IMG/VR virus record: IMGVR_UViG_3300045988_149737
Strand: one strand, 5' to 3'
Origin: a virus
Taxonomy: Duplodnaviria; Heunggongvirae; Uroviricota; Caudoviricetes
DNA: 64,000 bases
Shown: positions 37,102-47,913 of the stretch, in pieces
How positions within the stretch are numbered: the stretch's first letter is position 1
How the letters are laid out: the number at the start of each line of letters is the position of its first letter
Notes under the pieces: generated by a model
The model's database searches: none
Seen by the model: the letters and a program-made list of their open reading frames with translations, nothing else
What the model was told of the DNA's origin: nothing
Translations under genes and position numbers: made by a program

Positions 37102-38187
37102 ATGACTTTGCCATACGGCGTCATTTCTGACTGCCACTACCACAAATGGGATGCGTTCTCCACGACGAACGCTGAGGGGCTTAACTCCAGACTTGAAATA
37201 CAGTTGGAAGCAACGAAAGAAGCAGCCATCGCCATGAAGAAGGCCGGTTGTAAGTACATGTTGGTTGCCGGTGATACATTTCACGTCCGAGGAACTGTGT
37301 CCCCTTCTGTTTTGCATTACGTAACTGAAACGTACAAGTGGATTATCAACGAGCTTGATCTGACAGTAGTAATGCTGGCCGGTAATCACGATCTTGAAAC
37401 CAACGATTCAGTATATAGCGCCAACGCAGCAGCATCGCTGAGTTCTATCGGCGTGGTAATCGTATGTGGCAAGCGCCCACACTCAATAAAAATTGGCGAT
37501 GTGACTGTCCACCTGATTAGCTGGCGTAACAATCATGCGGAGCTTATCAGCGATCTGAAAGCATTACGTAAGAGCGTAGAAGGTGATAATCATGACGTTG
37601 TTATCCATACATCCATTAACAAAGCCATTCCAACAATGCCTGACGTCGGTATCGATGCGCAGGAGTTAAAGGATATCGGCTTTCGTCTCGTGCTTAGTGG
37701 GCATTACCACAACCACAAAGAGGTCATTCCTGGAGTTATCAGTGTCGGTGCACTGACTCATCAAAATTGGGGAGATGTTGGATCTCTGGCTGGCTACATG
37801 ATCGTAAACCCGGACGGCAGTTTCAGTCACTACGAAACCAGTGCGCCTAAATTCATTAACCTGGAAGATGATGTTGCTGATGACCAAATTCGCGGCAACT
37901 ACGTGCGTTTCCGCGCCGTAATTGAGAACGATGAAGAAGGCATTAAGTACCAGAACATCCTCAAAACAATGGGTGCAAAAGGTGTCGTGTGCAACTTCAT
38001 CCGTAAGTCATCAATGATGGAAGGTACAGCCAGCACAACTGAAACCAGCAAAATCGATAGCCTGGGAGAGTCGGTATCTGCTTATTGCAAGATTGTCCAC
38101 GATACTGACGGCGGATTTGATCTGAGCAAATTGGATATTTTGTGTCAGGAAATCCTCACCGAAGCGGAGAGTTCGGAGGCTGTGTGA
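37102..38187 (+). CDS. SbcD/Mre11-like nuclease (gp47-like)
   Basis: Calcineurin-like phosphoesterase motifs GDTFH, LAGNHD, GHYHNH. Confidence 0.75.
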   Translation: MTLPYGVISDCHYHKWDAFSTTNAEGLNSRLEIQLEATKEAAIAMKKAGCKYMLVAGDTFHVRGTVSPSVLHYVTETYKWIINELDLTVVMLAGNHDLETNDSVYSANAAASLSSIGVVIVCGKRPHSIKIGDVTVHLISWRNNHAELISDLKALRKSVEGDNHDVVIHTSINKAIPTMPDVGIDAQELKDIGFRLVLSGHYHNHKEVIPGVISVGALTHQNWGDVGSLAGYMIVNPDGSFSHYETSAPKFINLEDDVADDQIRGNYVRFRAVIENDEEGIKYQNILKTMGAKGVVCNFIRKSSMMEGTASTTETSKIDSLGESVSAYCKIVHDTDGGFDLSKLDILCQEILTEAESSEAV

Positions 38188-38420
38188 AGCAAAGTCGTTA
38201 TGGGAGCTTTCGAGACTTTGCCATCACGATGAAAAGACTTGAACGAGGCCAGACGGTGATGTTTCACAAGCCCTACCCGCCACAAGGAAATCCCGTAGCG
38301 TTTTATCTTGGAAGGTTAACAAGAAAAGGCGTATTGAGGCGCAGATCCTTCCCGGCGCATACGGAGTTCAGATTGAAAGAAGGCCAAAAGCTAACACGCG
38401 GTATCAGAGGTGTTATATGA
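38142..38420 (+). CDS. small hypothetical protein overlapping SbcD 3' end (start uncertain)
   Basis: 92-aa track ORF in another frame; possible GTG start overlapping SbcD stop. Confidence 0.25.
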   Translation: MSGNPHRSGEFGGCVKQSRYGSFRDFAITMKRLERGQTVMFHKPYPPQGNPVAFYLGRLTRKGVLRRRSFPAHTEFRLKEGQKLTRGIRGVI

Positions 38421-40333
38421 AGTTTTTAAAGCTCCAGGTTGAGAATTTTATGGCTATCGCCAGCGCGGAGGTCGAGTTAGATCAGCGTGGTTTAGTGCTT
38501 ATTCAGGGTGTTAATAGTGATGATAGTTCCGCATCAAGTAATGGCTCTGGAAAGTCAACTCTAATGAATAGCCTGATGTGGTGTCTTTATGGCGAAACAG
38601 CTCATGGTGTGAAGGGTGACGATGTGTTGTCTACCGACCATGAAAAGAACTGTCGTGTTGCAGTAACCATCGAGGATGAAGGCAAGAGATACGCAATCAT
38701 TCGTCACCGTAAACATAAAGAGTTCAAAAATCGTCTTATCGTTCGTGGTGAAGATGGCGATATGACGAAAGGCAAAGATGCGCTGACGCAGGAGTTCGTC
38801 GAGCGTCTGATCGGTGCATCTAAAGAGGTTTTCATGGCTTCCATCTATGCGAGCCAAGAAGCTATGCCAGATTTACCTGGAATGTCCGACAAAAACCTCA
38901 AAACCATCGTAGAAGAAGCCGCTGGCGTTGACAGACTGACACGCGCCTACGCTATTGCTCGTGAGCGAGCTAATGCAGCTGCCGCACGTATGGATGTGGT
39001 TAAAACCAAATTGGAGTCGACAATCTCGACCATTGAGGCAACACAGTCAGAAATTGAGTCAGCGAAAGCCTCCTCTGAATCATGGGAGCAAGAGCGTTCT
39101 AAACGTTATGACGATGCCCTGGCTGGGCTGGCCAGTGCCGAAGTTGAGTTAACGGAAGTTGAACTTGAGATCCGCACTCTTCCCGAACAGATACGTGATA
39201 CCGAGAAGGCAATCGAAAATGAGCGCAAAAAGTTAGCCTCAAAAGAAGAACATGACGCCAAGTTGCTCAAAGTTCGTGGTGCGATAACTGATATTCGGGC
39301 AAGCATCAAAGCTACAGAAAATAGTCAGGCTGATGCAATGACCCGCGCGCGTAATTTTAAGACCAAAGCAGAAGAGGTTGGTACTAAAGTGGGATCACCA
39401 TGCCCTACTTGTGGCAAAGCCTACTGCGAAGAAGATCTATCAACGGTGAAGGAGAGTTTCATTGAACAAGCACGTCAGGAAATTGGTCAGGCTAAGACAC
39501 TTGCAGAGGCAATGGCTAAACACAAAACGAATCTTGAGAAAGCGTTAAGCATTGAGTCTGCCCTTGTTAAAACGACACCTGATGTAACGGCTATCATTGC
39601 CCGGATTGAAGAGCTTACGAAACAACTCTCATCTTTGCGTCATCGTGAGAAGGAGGTTGTTGCTATTGAGTCTCTTGTGACTCGTGCTCGTACTGAGGTC
39701 GATCGTATATCAAAAGAGATTAATCCGTTTATTGCTCTTATCGCCAGACACGAAGATAACCTGGTATCCAGTAAGTCTACCTTCAAGTCCTTAAAAGATG
39801 AGTTGAAGGCTATTCAGGAACAAACGTTGCTATTGGAAAAAGCTCGTCAGGTCTACTCTCCTGCCGGGGTGCGTTCTCATATTTTGACGTCTGTTACGCC
39901 TTTCCTGAATACACTCACAGCCGAATATCTCAATACGTTGTCTGACGGGAACATTACTGCTGAGTGGTCGACGATGGATGTCACTAAAAAAGGTGAGTAT
40001 CGCGACAAATTCAACATTAGTGTGCAGAAGAAAGGTTCAAGTAAGTCGTTCCAAACCCTCTCTGGTGGTGAGAAGCGGAAGGTTCGCATTGCGTGTTCTT
40101 TGGCATTGCAGGATCTGGTTAGTAACCGGGCGAGTAAAAACATCGATTTGTTTATCGGCGACGAAATTGACGATGCACTCGATACAGCCGGTCTTGAACG
40201 CCTCATGGGTATTCTGGAGTCCAAAGCTCGCGAGCGAGGTACTGTGCTGATTATCTCCCATAAAGAGATGAAGTCATGGTTCAGGGAAACTATTACGCTG
40301 GAAGTTAAAGAGGGGCGCAGCTATGTCGTTTAA
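38417..40333 (+). CDS. SbcC/Rad50-like ATPase (gp46-like)
   Basis: Walker A NGSGKSTLMNSL, central coiled coil with CPTCG zinc hook, signature LSGGEKRKV, Walker B LFIGDEIDDALD. Confidence 0.75.
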   Translation: MKFLKLQVENFMAIASAEVELDQRGLVLIQGVNSDDSSASSNGSGKSTLMNSLMWCLYGETAHGVKGDDVLSTDHEKNCRVAVTIEDEGKRYAIIRHRKHKEFKNRLIVRGEDGDMTKGKDALTQEFVERLIGASKEVFMASIYASQEAMPDLPGMSDKNLKTIVEEAAGVDRLTRAYAIARERANAAAARMDVVKTKLESTISTIEATQSEIESAKASSESWEQERSKRYDDALAGLASAEVELTEVELEIRTLPEQIRDTEKAIENERKKLASKEEHDAKLLKVRGAITDIRASIKATENSQADAMTRARNFKTKAEEVGTKVGSPCPTCGKAYCEEDLSTVKESFIEQARQEIGQAKTLAEAMAKHKTNLEKALSIESALVKTTPDVTAIIARIEELTKQLSSLRHREKEVVAIESLVTRARTEVDRISKEINPFIALIARHEDNLVSSKSTFKSLKDELKAIQEQTLLLEKARQVYSPAGVRSHILTSVTPFLNTLTAEYLNTLSDGNITAEWSTMDVTKKGEYRDKFNISVQKKGSSKSFQTLSGGEKRKVRIACSLALQDLVSNRASKNIDLFIGDEIDDALDTAGLERLMGILESKARERGTVLIISHKEMKSWFRETITLEVKEGRSYVV

Positions 40334-41066
40334 ATTAAGCCGCTCGCAGTTTTTGCAGGTATTTGCAGTGATGCAGTCGATAAAACTGATCAATGGGCAT
40401 ACTTCCAATGGTGCGGCTCCACGTATTCTGTGGGGCAGCAACAATATTGACGGAGTACAATTCGCCGCGTTGCTTGGTCTAATATCCGAGACACCATTGA
40501 TGCAAAGTTTGAAATCACTACCACCTGGATGTATTGCGCCGATCCTGATTAATCCTTTTGTTGAGGGGGGATATCTTCCCAACGTCGGGCCTGGGTTTAT
40601 TGCATCCCATGAAACTGAAGATCTTAACATTAATAGCGAAGGGTTCTTTGGGGGAATGGGTGCGCATCACTGTATGGCTTTCACGAACCTTATTCGACTT
40701 GCCAATAAGCGGGTGGATAGTTTGGCATCGCCAGGTGATGCTTTTACTGGTTTCCTTATCCAAAGGAGGGATAAAAAGTACAGTGCGGACAAACTACAGT
40801 TTGTTGGTAAGTATGGGGAAATGGTGGAAATCGAACTTCAGCTCCCTCATGTTTTAGCAAACGATAGTGCAGACAGTCGGAGGCTGTTGGGCATCATGCG
40901 TCATTTCATAGCAAGTGGCGTTAAACATGCCGTAGATAAACGTGTCACGCAGGAAAATGAGTATTCAGACTTTGCAAACTATCCCCAACCAACGTTGCAA
41001 ACGGCAATAGTAACCAATTCGTTGGAGGCGAGATTATTGGAAAACCCTATATGGGGAACATGGTAA
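40323..41066 (+). CDS. hypothetical protein
   Basis: 247 aa; start overlaps SbcC stop. Confidence 0.45.
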   Translation: MSFKLSRSQFLQVFAVMQSIKLINGHTSNGAAPRILWGSNNIDGVQFAALLGLISETPLMQSLKSLPPGCIAPILINPFVEGGYLPNVGPGFIASHETEDLNINSEGFFGGMGAHHCMAFTNLIRLANKRVDSLASPGDAFTGFLIQRRDKKYSADKLQFVGKYGEMVEIELQLPHVLANDSADSRRLLGIMRHFIASGVKHAVDKRVTQENEYSDFANYPQPTLQTAIVTNSLEARLLENPIWGTW

Positions 41067-41075
41067 GGAGACTAT

Positions 41076-41645
41076 ATGAGTAAAAAAATCAGCGTAGTTG
41101 GTGTTGATCCCTCAATGAGCAACTTTGGGCTTGCTGTGGGCACTTTAGACCTTGAAACGGACGAACTTGAGATTCACGGCCTTACTCTTGTTGAGACTAA
41201 AGCGGGGAGTAACAAAAAGACCGTTCGTGTGAACAGTGACGATCTGCGCCGTGCCAGTGAAATATGGCGTGTTGCGAAGCCAATCATTGATAAGGCAAAT
41301 ATGGTTTTTTGTGAGCTACCGGTTGGGAGCCAAAACTCTCGTTCGCAGACGTCTTACGGTATTTGCATCGGTGTACTTGCGTGCGTAGATAAGCCATTGA
41401 TCCAGGTTACTCCAAACGAAATTAAACATTTTATCGGCAATAAACTTACAACATCGAAAGAAGAGATTATCCAGTGGGCTACGAAAAAACACCCTAAAGC
41501 ACCGTGGCTGCGTCGTAAGCAATCTGGACAGGATGTTCTCGTGAACAAAAACGAACATTTGGCTGATGCGGTGGCTGCCATCCATACCGGTATGCAAACA
41601 GATCAGTTTCGCCAGGTGCGCGATGTTCTCAAGTCTCTCATTTGA
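41076..41645 (+). CDS. RuvC-like Holliday junction resolvase
   Basis: VVGVDPSMSNFGLAV N-terminus, FCELP, C-terminal HLADAV. Confidence 0.55.
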   Translation: MSKKISVVGVDPSMSNFGLAVGTLDLETDELEIHGLTLVETKAGSNKKTVRVNSDDLRRASEIWRVAKPIIDKANMVFCELPVGSQNSRSQTSYGICIGVLACVDKPLIQVTPNEIKHFIGNKLTTSKEEIIQWATKKHPKAPWLRRKQSGQDVLVNKNEHLADAVAAIHTGMQTDQFRQVRDVLKSLI

Positions 41646-41679
41646 TCTCATTGATAGGTAAGTGCTTATCTATTAATAT

Positions 41680-41710
41680 GGGCCACTAAATATAGTGGCC
41701 CTCTTTATTT
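41680..41710 (+). terminator. rho-independent terminator
   Basis: GGGCCACTAaataTAGTGGCCC then TCTTTATTT. Confidence 0.65.
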
Positions 41711-41718
41711 GGTGATAC

Positions 41719-44034
41719 ATGATAAGCATCGTAAAACGTAACGGCCAAACAGAGCCGTTATCCGAAGATAAATACAACCGCGTCGTAATGTATGGCGTAG
41801 AAGACATTCGTGGCGTAAGCGCATCCGCTGTAGCAATGGGAGCTGCGGCCAGCATTTTTGATGGGATTACCACCAGCCAGTTGCATGAGGCTTTGGTTAA
41901 ATCTGCCGCTGATTTGATCTCACCAGAAGCACCAAATTACTCACAGGTGGCTGCCCGCCTGAACATTTTTAAAATTCGCAAAGATGCCTTCGGTCGTTAC
42001 GACTATCCGAACTTCTACCAACACATTGTCAAGAACGTTAACAAGGGCGTTTATGACAAGGATTTGCTGACACATTATTCATTTGAAGAGATCGAAGAAC
42101 TCGGCAATTACATTAAGCCTAAACGTGACGATCTTTTTGGCTATGCAGCTACGGTGCAATTGCAAAGCAAATACCTCGTTCAAAACCGCGTTACTGGTGA
42201 GATTCATGAGGGGCCGCAACATATCTATATGCTGGTAGGCATGTGTCTGTTCCAGAATTGGGAAGACGACTGCGCTGGCAAAACACGTATGGAGATGGTC
42301 AAAGGTTTCTATGACGTTACAAGTACGTTCAAACTGTCTCTGCCCACACCAATCATGGCCGGCGTCCGTACTCCAACCCGTCAGTTCTCCAGTTGTGTGC
42401 TGATTGAGTCTGGCGATAGTCTGAAAGGGATTAGTGCAGCTTCAGCCGCAATTATCGACTACGTTTCACGTCGTGCTGGAATTGGTATTGGTTTTGGCCG
42501 TATCCGTGCGCTGGGCAGCGAGATCCGCAATGGTGAAGCCACACATACCGGAGTTACTCCATTCCTGAAGCATTTCCAGACGGCTGTTAAATCTTGTTCG
42601 CAAGGTGGTGTTCGTGGTGGCGCAGCAACAGCGTTTTACCCGATCTGGCATCTTGAAGTTGAAAGTCTGCTGGTGGTGAAAAATAACCGTGGTATTGATG
42701 AAAACCGCGTTCGCCATCTTGATTACGGCGTCATGAGTAACCGTCTGATGTACCGTCGACTCGTCAGAAGCGAGAACATCACTCTGTTCAGCCCGCATGA
42801 TGTGCCTGATATGTACGAAGCCTTCTTCACAGACCAGGATCTGTTTGAAAAGCTGTACCATGAATACGAAGCCGATGATTCAATTCGCAAGAAGTCAGTA
42901 CCTGCCATTGAGCTGTTCTCATCTCTGATGCAGGAACGAGCGTCCACGGGCCGAATTTATATTGCGAACGTCGATCATATTAACGAGCATGGCGCTTTCA
43001 TTCCTGCTCTTGCACCTGTTCGCCAGTCAAACCTGTGCATGGAGATCACTCTACCCACTCGTCCACTGGCATTTACCGACGACCCGAACGGTGAGATCGC
43101 GCTTTGCACTTTATCCGCTTTTAACCTCGGAGCCATCCGTTCACTGGAGTCTCTTAAAGAGGTGGCGTTCTATGCCGTTGCTGCACTGGATTCGTTACTG
43201 GATTATCAAGACTATCCGATGGAGGCAGCCGAAGTGCCAGCCAAAGCTCGCCGTAGCCTGGGAATCGGTGTAACCAACTTTGCTTATTACCTGGCAAAGA
43301 ATGGCGTTCGTTATTCTGATACCGCTGGCAATAAACTGGTGCATGAAACGTTCGAAGCTATCCAGTATTACCTTCTTGATGCCAGCTGCCGACTTGCTGA
43401 AGCAAAAGGTGAGTGTGACTGGTTTGAGCAGACCAAGTACGCAATTGGTCAGTTGCCGATCGACCATTATCGTTCTTCATTAGACGAAAGTGGCGAAACC
43501 AACTTTGAGTTAAAGATGCCGTGGGAAGAACTGCGTGAACGTATTGCAAAATACGGTCTTCGCAACTCCACACTGACGGCACAAATGCCATGCGAGACTT
43601 CCAGCCAGATCACTAATTCCACCAACGGCATCGAGCCGCCTCGTGGCCCGGTGTCGGTGAAATCTTCTAAGGACGGCATCGTTAAGATGGTCGTGCCTGA
43701 GTTTGAAAAACTGAAGGAACAGTATGAATACCTGTGGGATATGCCGGACAACCGCGGCTATCTGACAAAGGTGGCGATCATCCAGAAGTTCTTTGACCAG
43801 GCTATTTCAGCCAATACCAACTATGACCCTTCTCGCTTTGAAGGCGATAAAGTCCCAATGATGACGCTACTGTCAGATTTGCTTCTCGCCTACAAGATGG
43901 GAGTTAAAACGCTTTACTACCACAACACCAGAGATGGTGCAGGAAAGCGTGATGACGACGAAGCGCAGAATCCACTTACGCAAGCTGTAGCCGTCGAGCC
44001 AGAAGATGAGTGCGACGGAGCCTGCAAAATCTGA
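41719..44034 (+). CDS. nrdA: ribonucleotide reductase class Ia large subunit
   Basis: 771 aa; N-terminal ATP-cone-like segment VKRNGQTEPL; immediately upstream of small subunit. Confidence 0.8.
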   Translation: MISIVKRNGQTEPLSEDKYNRVVMYGVEDIRGVSASAVAMGAAASIFDGITTSQLHEALVKSAADLISPEAPNYSQVAARLNIFKIRKDAFGRYDYPNFYQHIVKNVNKGVYDKDLLTHYSFEEIEELGNYIKPKRDDLFGYAATVQLQSKYLVQNRVTGEIHEGPQHIYMLVGMCLFQNWEDDCAGKTRMEMVKGFYDVTSTFKLSLPTPIMAGVRTPTRQFSSCVLIESGDSLKGISAASAAIIDYVSRRAGIGIGFGRIRALGSEIRNGEATHTGVTPFLKHFQTAVKSCSQGGVRGGAATAFYPIWHLEVESLLVVKNNRGIDENRVRHLDYGVMSNRLMYRRLVRSENITLFSPHDVPDMYEAFFTDQDLFEKLYHEYEADDSIRKKSVPAIELFSSLMQERASTGRIYIANVDHINEHGAFIPALAPVRQSNLCMEITLPTRPLAFTDDPNGEIALCTLSAFNLGAIRSLESLKEVAFYAVAALDSLLDYQDYPMEAAEVPAKARRSLGIGVTNFAYYLAKNGVRYSDTAGNKLVHETFEAIQYYLLDASCRLAEAKGECDWFEQTKYAIGQLPIDHYRSSLDESGETNFELKMPWEELRERIAKYGLRNSTLTAQMPCETSSQITNSTNGIEPPRGPVSVKSSKDGIVKMVVPEFEKLKEQYEYLWDMPDNRGYLTKVAIIQKFFDQAISANTNYDPSRFEGDKVPMMTLLSDLLLAYKMGVKTLYYHNTRDGAGKRDDDEAQNPLTQAVAVEPEDECDGACKI

Positions 44035-44039
44035 CATAT

Positions 44040-44068
44040 GGTGGGGTATATCCCCACCTTATCTTTGA
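44040..44068 (+). terminator. stem-loop/terminator after nrdA
   Basis: GGTGGGGtatatCCCCACC then TTATCTTTGATTTG. Confidence 0.55.
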
Positions 44069-44134
44069 TTTGTAAGCCTTGTTTAAACACATAAGATAAC
44101 AACTTGTTTAAACACATCAAAAAAGGAAAAACAC

Positions 44135-45277
44135 ATGTCATATTCAACGTTCCGTTTGGGTGCTAATGATGCAACCAAAGAGCCTATGTTCCTCGGACAA
44201 TCTGTCAACGTGGCACGTTACGATCAGCAAAAATACCGTGATTTTGAAAAGTTGATTGAACGTCAATTGTCTTTCTTCTGGCGGCCGGAAGAAGTTGATA
44301 TTTCGAGCGATCGTATCGACTTCAACACGAAGCTGCGAGACCACGAACGTCACATTTTTCTGAGCAATCTCCGTTATCAAACGTTACTCGATTCAGTTCA
44401 GGGACGTAGCCCAAATGCAACGCTGCTGCCGCTTATCTCTATTCCTGAACTGGAAACGTGGGTTGAAACATGGTCTTTCTCTGAGACTATCCATAGCCGC
44501 AGCTACACCCACATTATTCGTGGCATGGTGGACGATCCGAGCATTGTTTTTGACGGTATTGTTACGGATGAAGAAATCATCAACCGAGCGATCAGTATCT
44601 CTGCTGAATATGACAGGCTTTATGGGATGACCTGCGAGCGCCAGTCGTTAGGTGAGAAAGAGTTTGAACGTCTGTACGTAAATGAATATGGCTGGGAGCC
44701 ATACCCTTTGCATCGTCAGCTTTTCCGCACGTTGGTGTCCATTAATGCGCTTGAGGCGATCCGTTTCTATGTAAGTTTTGCATGTACGTTTGCCTTTGGC
44801 GAACGGAAGTTGCTTGAGGGTAACACCAAAATTATGCGCTTTATTGCCCGTGATGAAGCTCTGCATTGCGAAGGAACTGAACGCATGATCCGCTTCATGC
44901 GTACCGGTCGCGAAGGTTTATTGTGGAAAGAGATTGCTGCTGATGAAGAAAACGTCATTTACGACACCATGAAATCAGTCGCCGAACAAGAAATGAACTG
45001 GGCAGACTATCTCTTCAAAGACGGTTCGATGATTGGTTTAAACGCGGATATTCTGAAGACCTATGTAAAATACCGAACCAATCTGGCTATGAATCGTCTT
45101 GGCCTGAAGGCTTTATTTCCAGAAGTTACCACAGATCCGCTGGTCTGGATGAACAAGTGGTTGTTAACCGACACACTGCAAATTGCACCACAAGAGGCAG
45201 AGCAAAGCACATATCTGGTAGGTCAGATCGATTCTACCGTGGATAAGGCTTCTCTAAGCCAGTTTGCAGACCTGTAA
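44135..45277 (+). CDS. nrdB: ribonucleotide reductase class Ia small subunit
   Basis: 380 aa; di-iron ligand-like E/H positions ([15 protein letters not shown]). Confidence 0.75.
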   Translation: MSYSTFRLGANDATKEPMFLGQSVNVARYDQQKYRDFEKLIERQLSFFWRPEEVDISSDRIDFNTKLRDHERHIFLSNLRYQTLLDSVQGRSPNATLLPLISIPELETWVETWSFSETIHSRSYTHIIRGMVDDPSIVFDGIVTDEEIINRAISISAEYDRLYGMTCERQSLGEKEFERLYVNEYGWEPYPLHRQLFRTLVSINALEAIRFYVSFACTFAFGERKLLEGNTKIMRFIARDEALHCEGTERMIRFMRTGREGLLWKEIAADEENVIYDTMKSVAEQEMNWADYLFKDGSMIGLNADILKTYVKYRTNLAMNRLGLKALFPEVTTDPLVWMNKWLLTDTLQIAPQEAEQSTYLVGQIDSTVDKASLSQFADL

Positions 45278-45354
45278 ACCGATACAAAGCATTATGTGGC
45301 CTGGCAACGCTGGGTCACAATGGATCACAAGAATTAAGAAGGAACAAAACTAGC

Positions 45355-46224
45355 ATGAACTTTACCAAACTGACTGACCACCTGAAACTTGCCACCGATC
45401 GACTCATTGGATTTAAGCCAGAACCATATGAGTTGCATGAAGGCCATGGTGTAGCCACTGAAAGTATTTACAAGATGGTCGATCAGTTTCATGAACTCTT
45501 CCAGCATCCGAGACGCGTTATGCCGACACCAGAGCTGCTTCGTCTCCGTGCAAGCCTGATTCATGAAGAAGCTGTAGTGGAAGGGATTCCAGCCGCAATG
45601 AATGGGGATATTGAGCAACTGCTGGATGCAATGGCCGACTTTTTATACGTTGGTGTTGGTACGATGGTCTCCATCAAAGGTGGTATTTCTACCGGCATGA
45701 CCTATTACACGCAGGAACAGAGCATTGATCGCTTTATGCAGACAATTTTTGTGCCCGGTAACACTGTTTTCGATGATATGGCAATGCCATTTCAGGAAGC
45801 TCGTGAGGCGTCATGTATGCTCGAAGAGCTGGCAGATAAACTTGAGAAGAAGGCTGTTAAGGATTCTGAGCTGATTCAGGAACTGCGCCGTGTAATGAAC
45901 AAAATCTATGTGGCGTGCATGATGACTTATCGACTGGCTGATTTCCTCGGTATCAATGTCGTCGAGCTGGTTGGCGAAATTCATCGGTCTAACATGACAA
46001 AATTATGGCCTGCTGATGTTGAGGAACGTCGCCAGGCTGTGGCCAACTGCAAATACGACTCTTCAGATCTGGGATTCCGCCATGCTGATGGCACCGATAA
46101 GATGATCGGTTTTCGAATTTCCGATGGAAAGATTCTGAAGTCTCCAACCTATAGTGATGTCGATTTATCCTCCTTTGTTGAGCAAGCTAAAGCCTCAGCA
46201 ATGTACGGAATGATCAAAAAATAA
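45355..46224 (+). CDS. putative MazG-like NTP pyrophosphohydrolase
   Basis: EE..E...D...LLD..AD.LYV pattern in LIHEEAVVEGIPAAMNGDIEQLLDAMADFLYV. Confidence 0.35.
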   Translation: MNFTKLTDHLKLATDRLIGFKPEPYELHEGHGVATESIYKMVDQFHELFQHPRRVMPTPELLRLRASLIHEEAVVEGIPAAMNGDIEQLLDAMADFLYVGVGTMVSIKGGISTGMTYYTQEQSIDRFMQTIFVPGNTVFDDMAMPFQEAREASCMLEELADKLEKKAVKDSELIQELRRVMNKIYVACMMTYRLADFLGINVVELVGEIHRSNMTKLWPADVEERRQAVANCKYDSSDLGFRHADGTDKMIGFRISDGKILKSPTYSDVDLSSFVEQAKASAMYGMIKK

Positions 46225-46282
46225 TTGTAGGTAGTTATCTATCTATGTATATTTAACATGCGTAATAAAACTCTGGAATGAC

Positions 46283-46307
46283 TATTCGTTTTGGTGGCCT
46301 ATGGCCA
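46283..46307 (+). terminator. rho-independent terminator
   Basis: TGGTGGCCtatGGCCACCA then TTTTTTT. Confidence 0.75.
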
Positions 46308-46394
46308 CCATTTTTTTATCTGTCTGGTCTTGTTCTCTCAATGAATGTAAACTCACATGATGAATAAGTAATTACTTATCTTTGTGAGGTTTTT

Positions 46395-47498
46395 GTGTCA
46401 CTACTTTTGAATCGAGAGCATACGAACGGTCAGGTAACAAACGCATCGTATGCAAAAGTTATTGAGACGGTGCTTAAAAGCGGCGTGCAGGCTGATGATC
46501 GCACAGGCACTGGTACTTTAAGCACCTGCTACGTTCCCTCTTATTACATGCTTACTGGTGGGACTGTGCCGCTTATTTCTGGAAAGGCGGTAAATCTTAA
46601 GCCACTGCTTGTCGAACTTGAGTGGTATCTGAAAGGCACGGGCAACATCCAATTTCTCAAGGATAACGGCGTTAAGATTTGGGATGCATGGGCCGATGAG
46701 AATGGCGATTTGGGGCCGGTTTACGGTAAGCAGTGGCGTCGATGGGAAGATACCCGCATCGTGAGCCATAGTGAATATCTGAGCAAGATCGCTACTTTCC
46801 GTGAACGCGGGTACAAAGTCGAGGGATACCTGGGTATCAGTGAAGATCGCGTAGTGCTGTCCCGTGAAATCGATCAGCTACAGCGTATTGTCGATACACT
46901 GCGCACGAACCCTACCGATCGTCGCATCATGCTTAACGCATGGAACGTAGGCGAGCTTGAGGATATGAAACTGCCACCTTGCCACTTTGTCTTCTCTTTG
47001 TGGAGTCGTGAGCTGGATTTTGAAACCCGTTTAACGATGGCAACTGACATTGGTCTTCAACACAGTCGCCTCGGTTACGAGTCTATCTACACCAAGATGC
47101 TATACGATCTGGAGGTGGACGGCAGTGTTACTGAAGCTGAACTGGATGAACTTGGAATCCCCAAACGCATCCTCAACTCCTGCCTCGTACAGCGTAGCGT
47201 AGACACTTTTGTTGGTATGCCATTCAATATTGCTGGCTATGGCATTCTCACTCATTTTCTCGCGAAGATTACGGGTCACATGGCCGGTGCATTTGTGCAT
47301 TTTGGCTTTGACGTGCATTTGTACAACAACCACATGGAAGGTGTGTGTGAGCTAATGAAACGACAGGCTCCAGAGCATTCAGATCCGGTCGTTATTTTCC
47401 CTCATGAATGGTCAGAGTTGGATGATTTCAAATGGGACGAGGTTTTAATTCTTGGCTATGACCCTCTATCGTGGATCAAGGTTCCAGTGGCGGTGTGA
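46395..47498 (+). CDS. thyA: thymidylate synthase
   Basis: Catalytic KLPPCHF motif; 367 aa (longer than E. coli ThyA). Confidence 0.75.
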   Translation: MSLLLNREHTNGQVTNASYAKVIETVLKSGVQADDRTGTGTLSTCYVPSYYMLTGGTVPLISGKAVNLKPLLVELEWYLKGTGNIQFLKDNGVKIWDAWADENGDLGPVYGKQWRRWEDTRIVSHSEYLSKIATFRERGYKVEGYLGISEDRVVLSREIDQLQRIVDTLRTNPTDRRIMLNAWNVGELEDMKLPPCHFVFSLWSRELDFETRLTMATDIGLQHSRLGYESIYTKMLYDLEVDGSVTEAELDELGIPKRILNSCLVQRSVDTFVGMPFNIAGYGILTHFLAKITGHMAGAFVHFGFDVHLYNNHMEGVCELMKRQAPEHSDPVVIFPHEWSELDDFKWDEVLILGYDPLSWIKVPVAV

Positions 47499-47499
47499 T

Positions 47500-47913
47500 A
47501 TGGCAAGAGGTATGTATGTCTTATGCGAAATTGAAGGTGTGCTGGCAAATGCCAGCCATCGTAAATCAGTATCTGACGCGGATGCAGGCCAGCTCATTGC
47601 CGGTGATGAACTCATTTTCCCCACTAGCCGTATGTTGCGTGGTTTTGCTCGCTCAGGGGCTGAAGTGGTGCTTATCAGTAGCCGCTCTGAAACTCTTGAA
47701 GCGCCCACTAAACGATGGCTGAAAGATTTTGGCGTTGATTACGACTGGCTTTATCTCGTACCGAATGGCACCAGTTATGAGAAGCATATTAAGCGCACAT
47801 TAGCGGAGCATAAAGGCGATCTGCTTATCGCTGCGCTGGTGCACGATCCTCGACTCCGTGCCGCTTTAGCCGACTCTCACCATCGACCGGTCATCTATGA
47901 GGTGAGCAAATGA
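47500..47913 (+). CDS. hypothetical protein (HAD-like composition, catalytic Asp motif not seen)
   Basis: Track ORF 47452..47913; ATG 47500 directly after thyA stop. Confidence 0.35.
   Translation: MARGMYVLCEIEGVLANASHRKSVSDADAGQLIAGDELIFPTSRMLRGFARSGAEVVLISSRSETLEAPTKRWLKDFGVDYDWLYLVPNGTSYEKHIKRTLAEHKGDLLIAALVHDPRLRAALADSHHRPVIYEVSK

Noticed and set aside
38142-38420. Programmed frameshift extending the SbcD-like protein into the 92-aa ORF
   Set aside because: The SbcD-like protein is already full length with all phosphoesterase motifs, and no slippery heptamer is evident; a small overlapping gene or a spurious ORF is more likely.
41680-41701. Hairpin GGGCCACTAaataTAGTGGCCC as an extra RepA iteron
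   Set aside because: It shares the CCACT..AGTGG core but stands alone 5.7 kb from the replicon and is followed by a T-run directly after a gene end, so a terminator is more likely.
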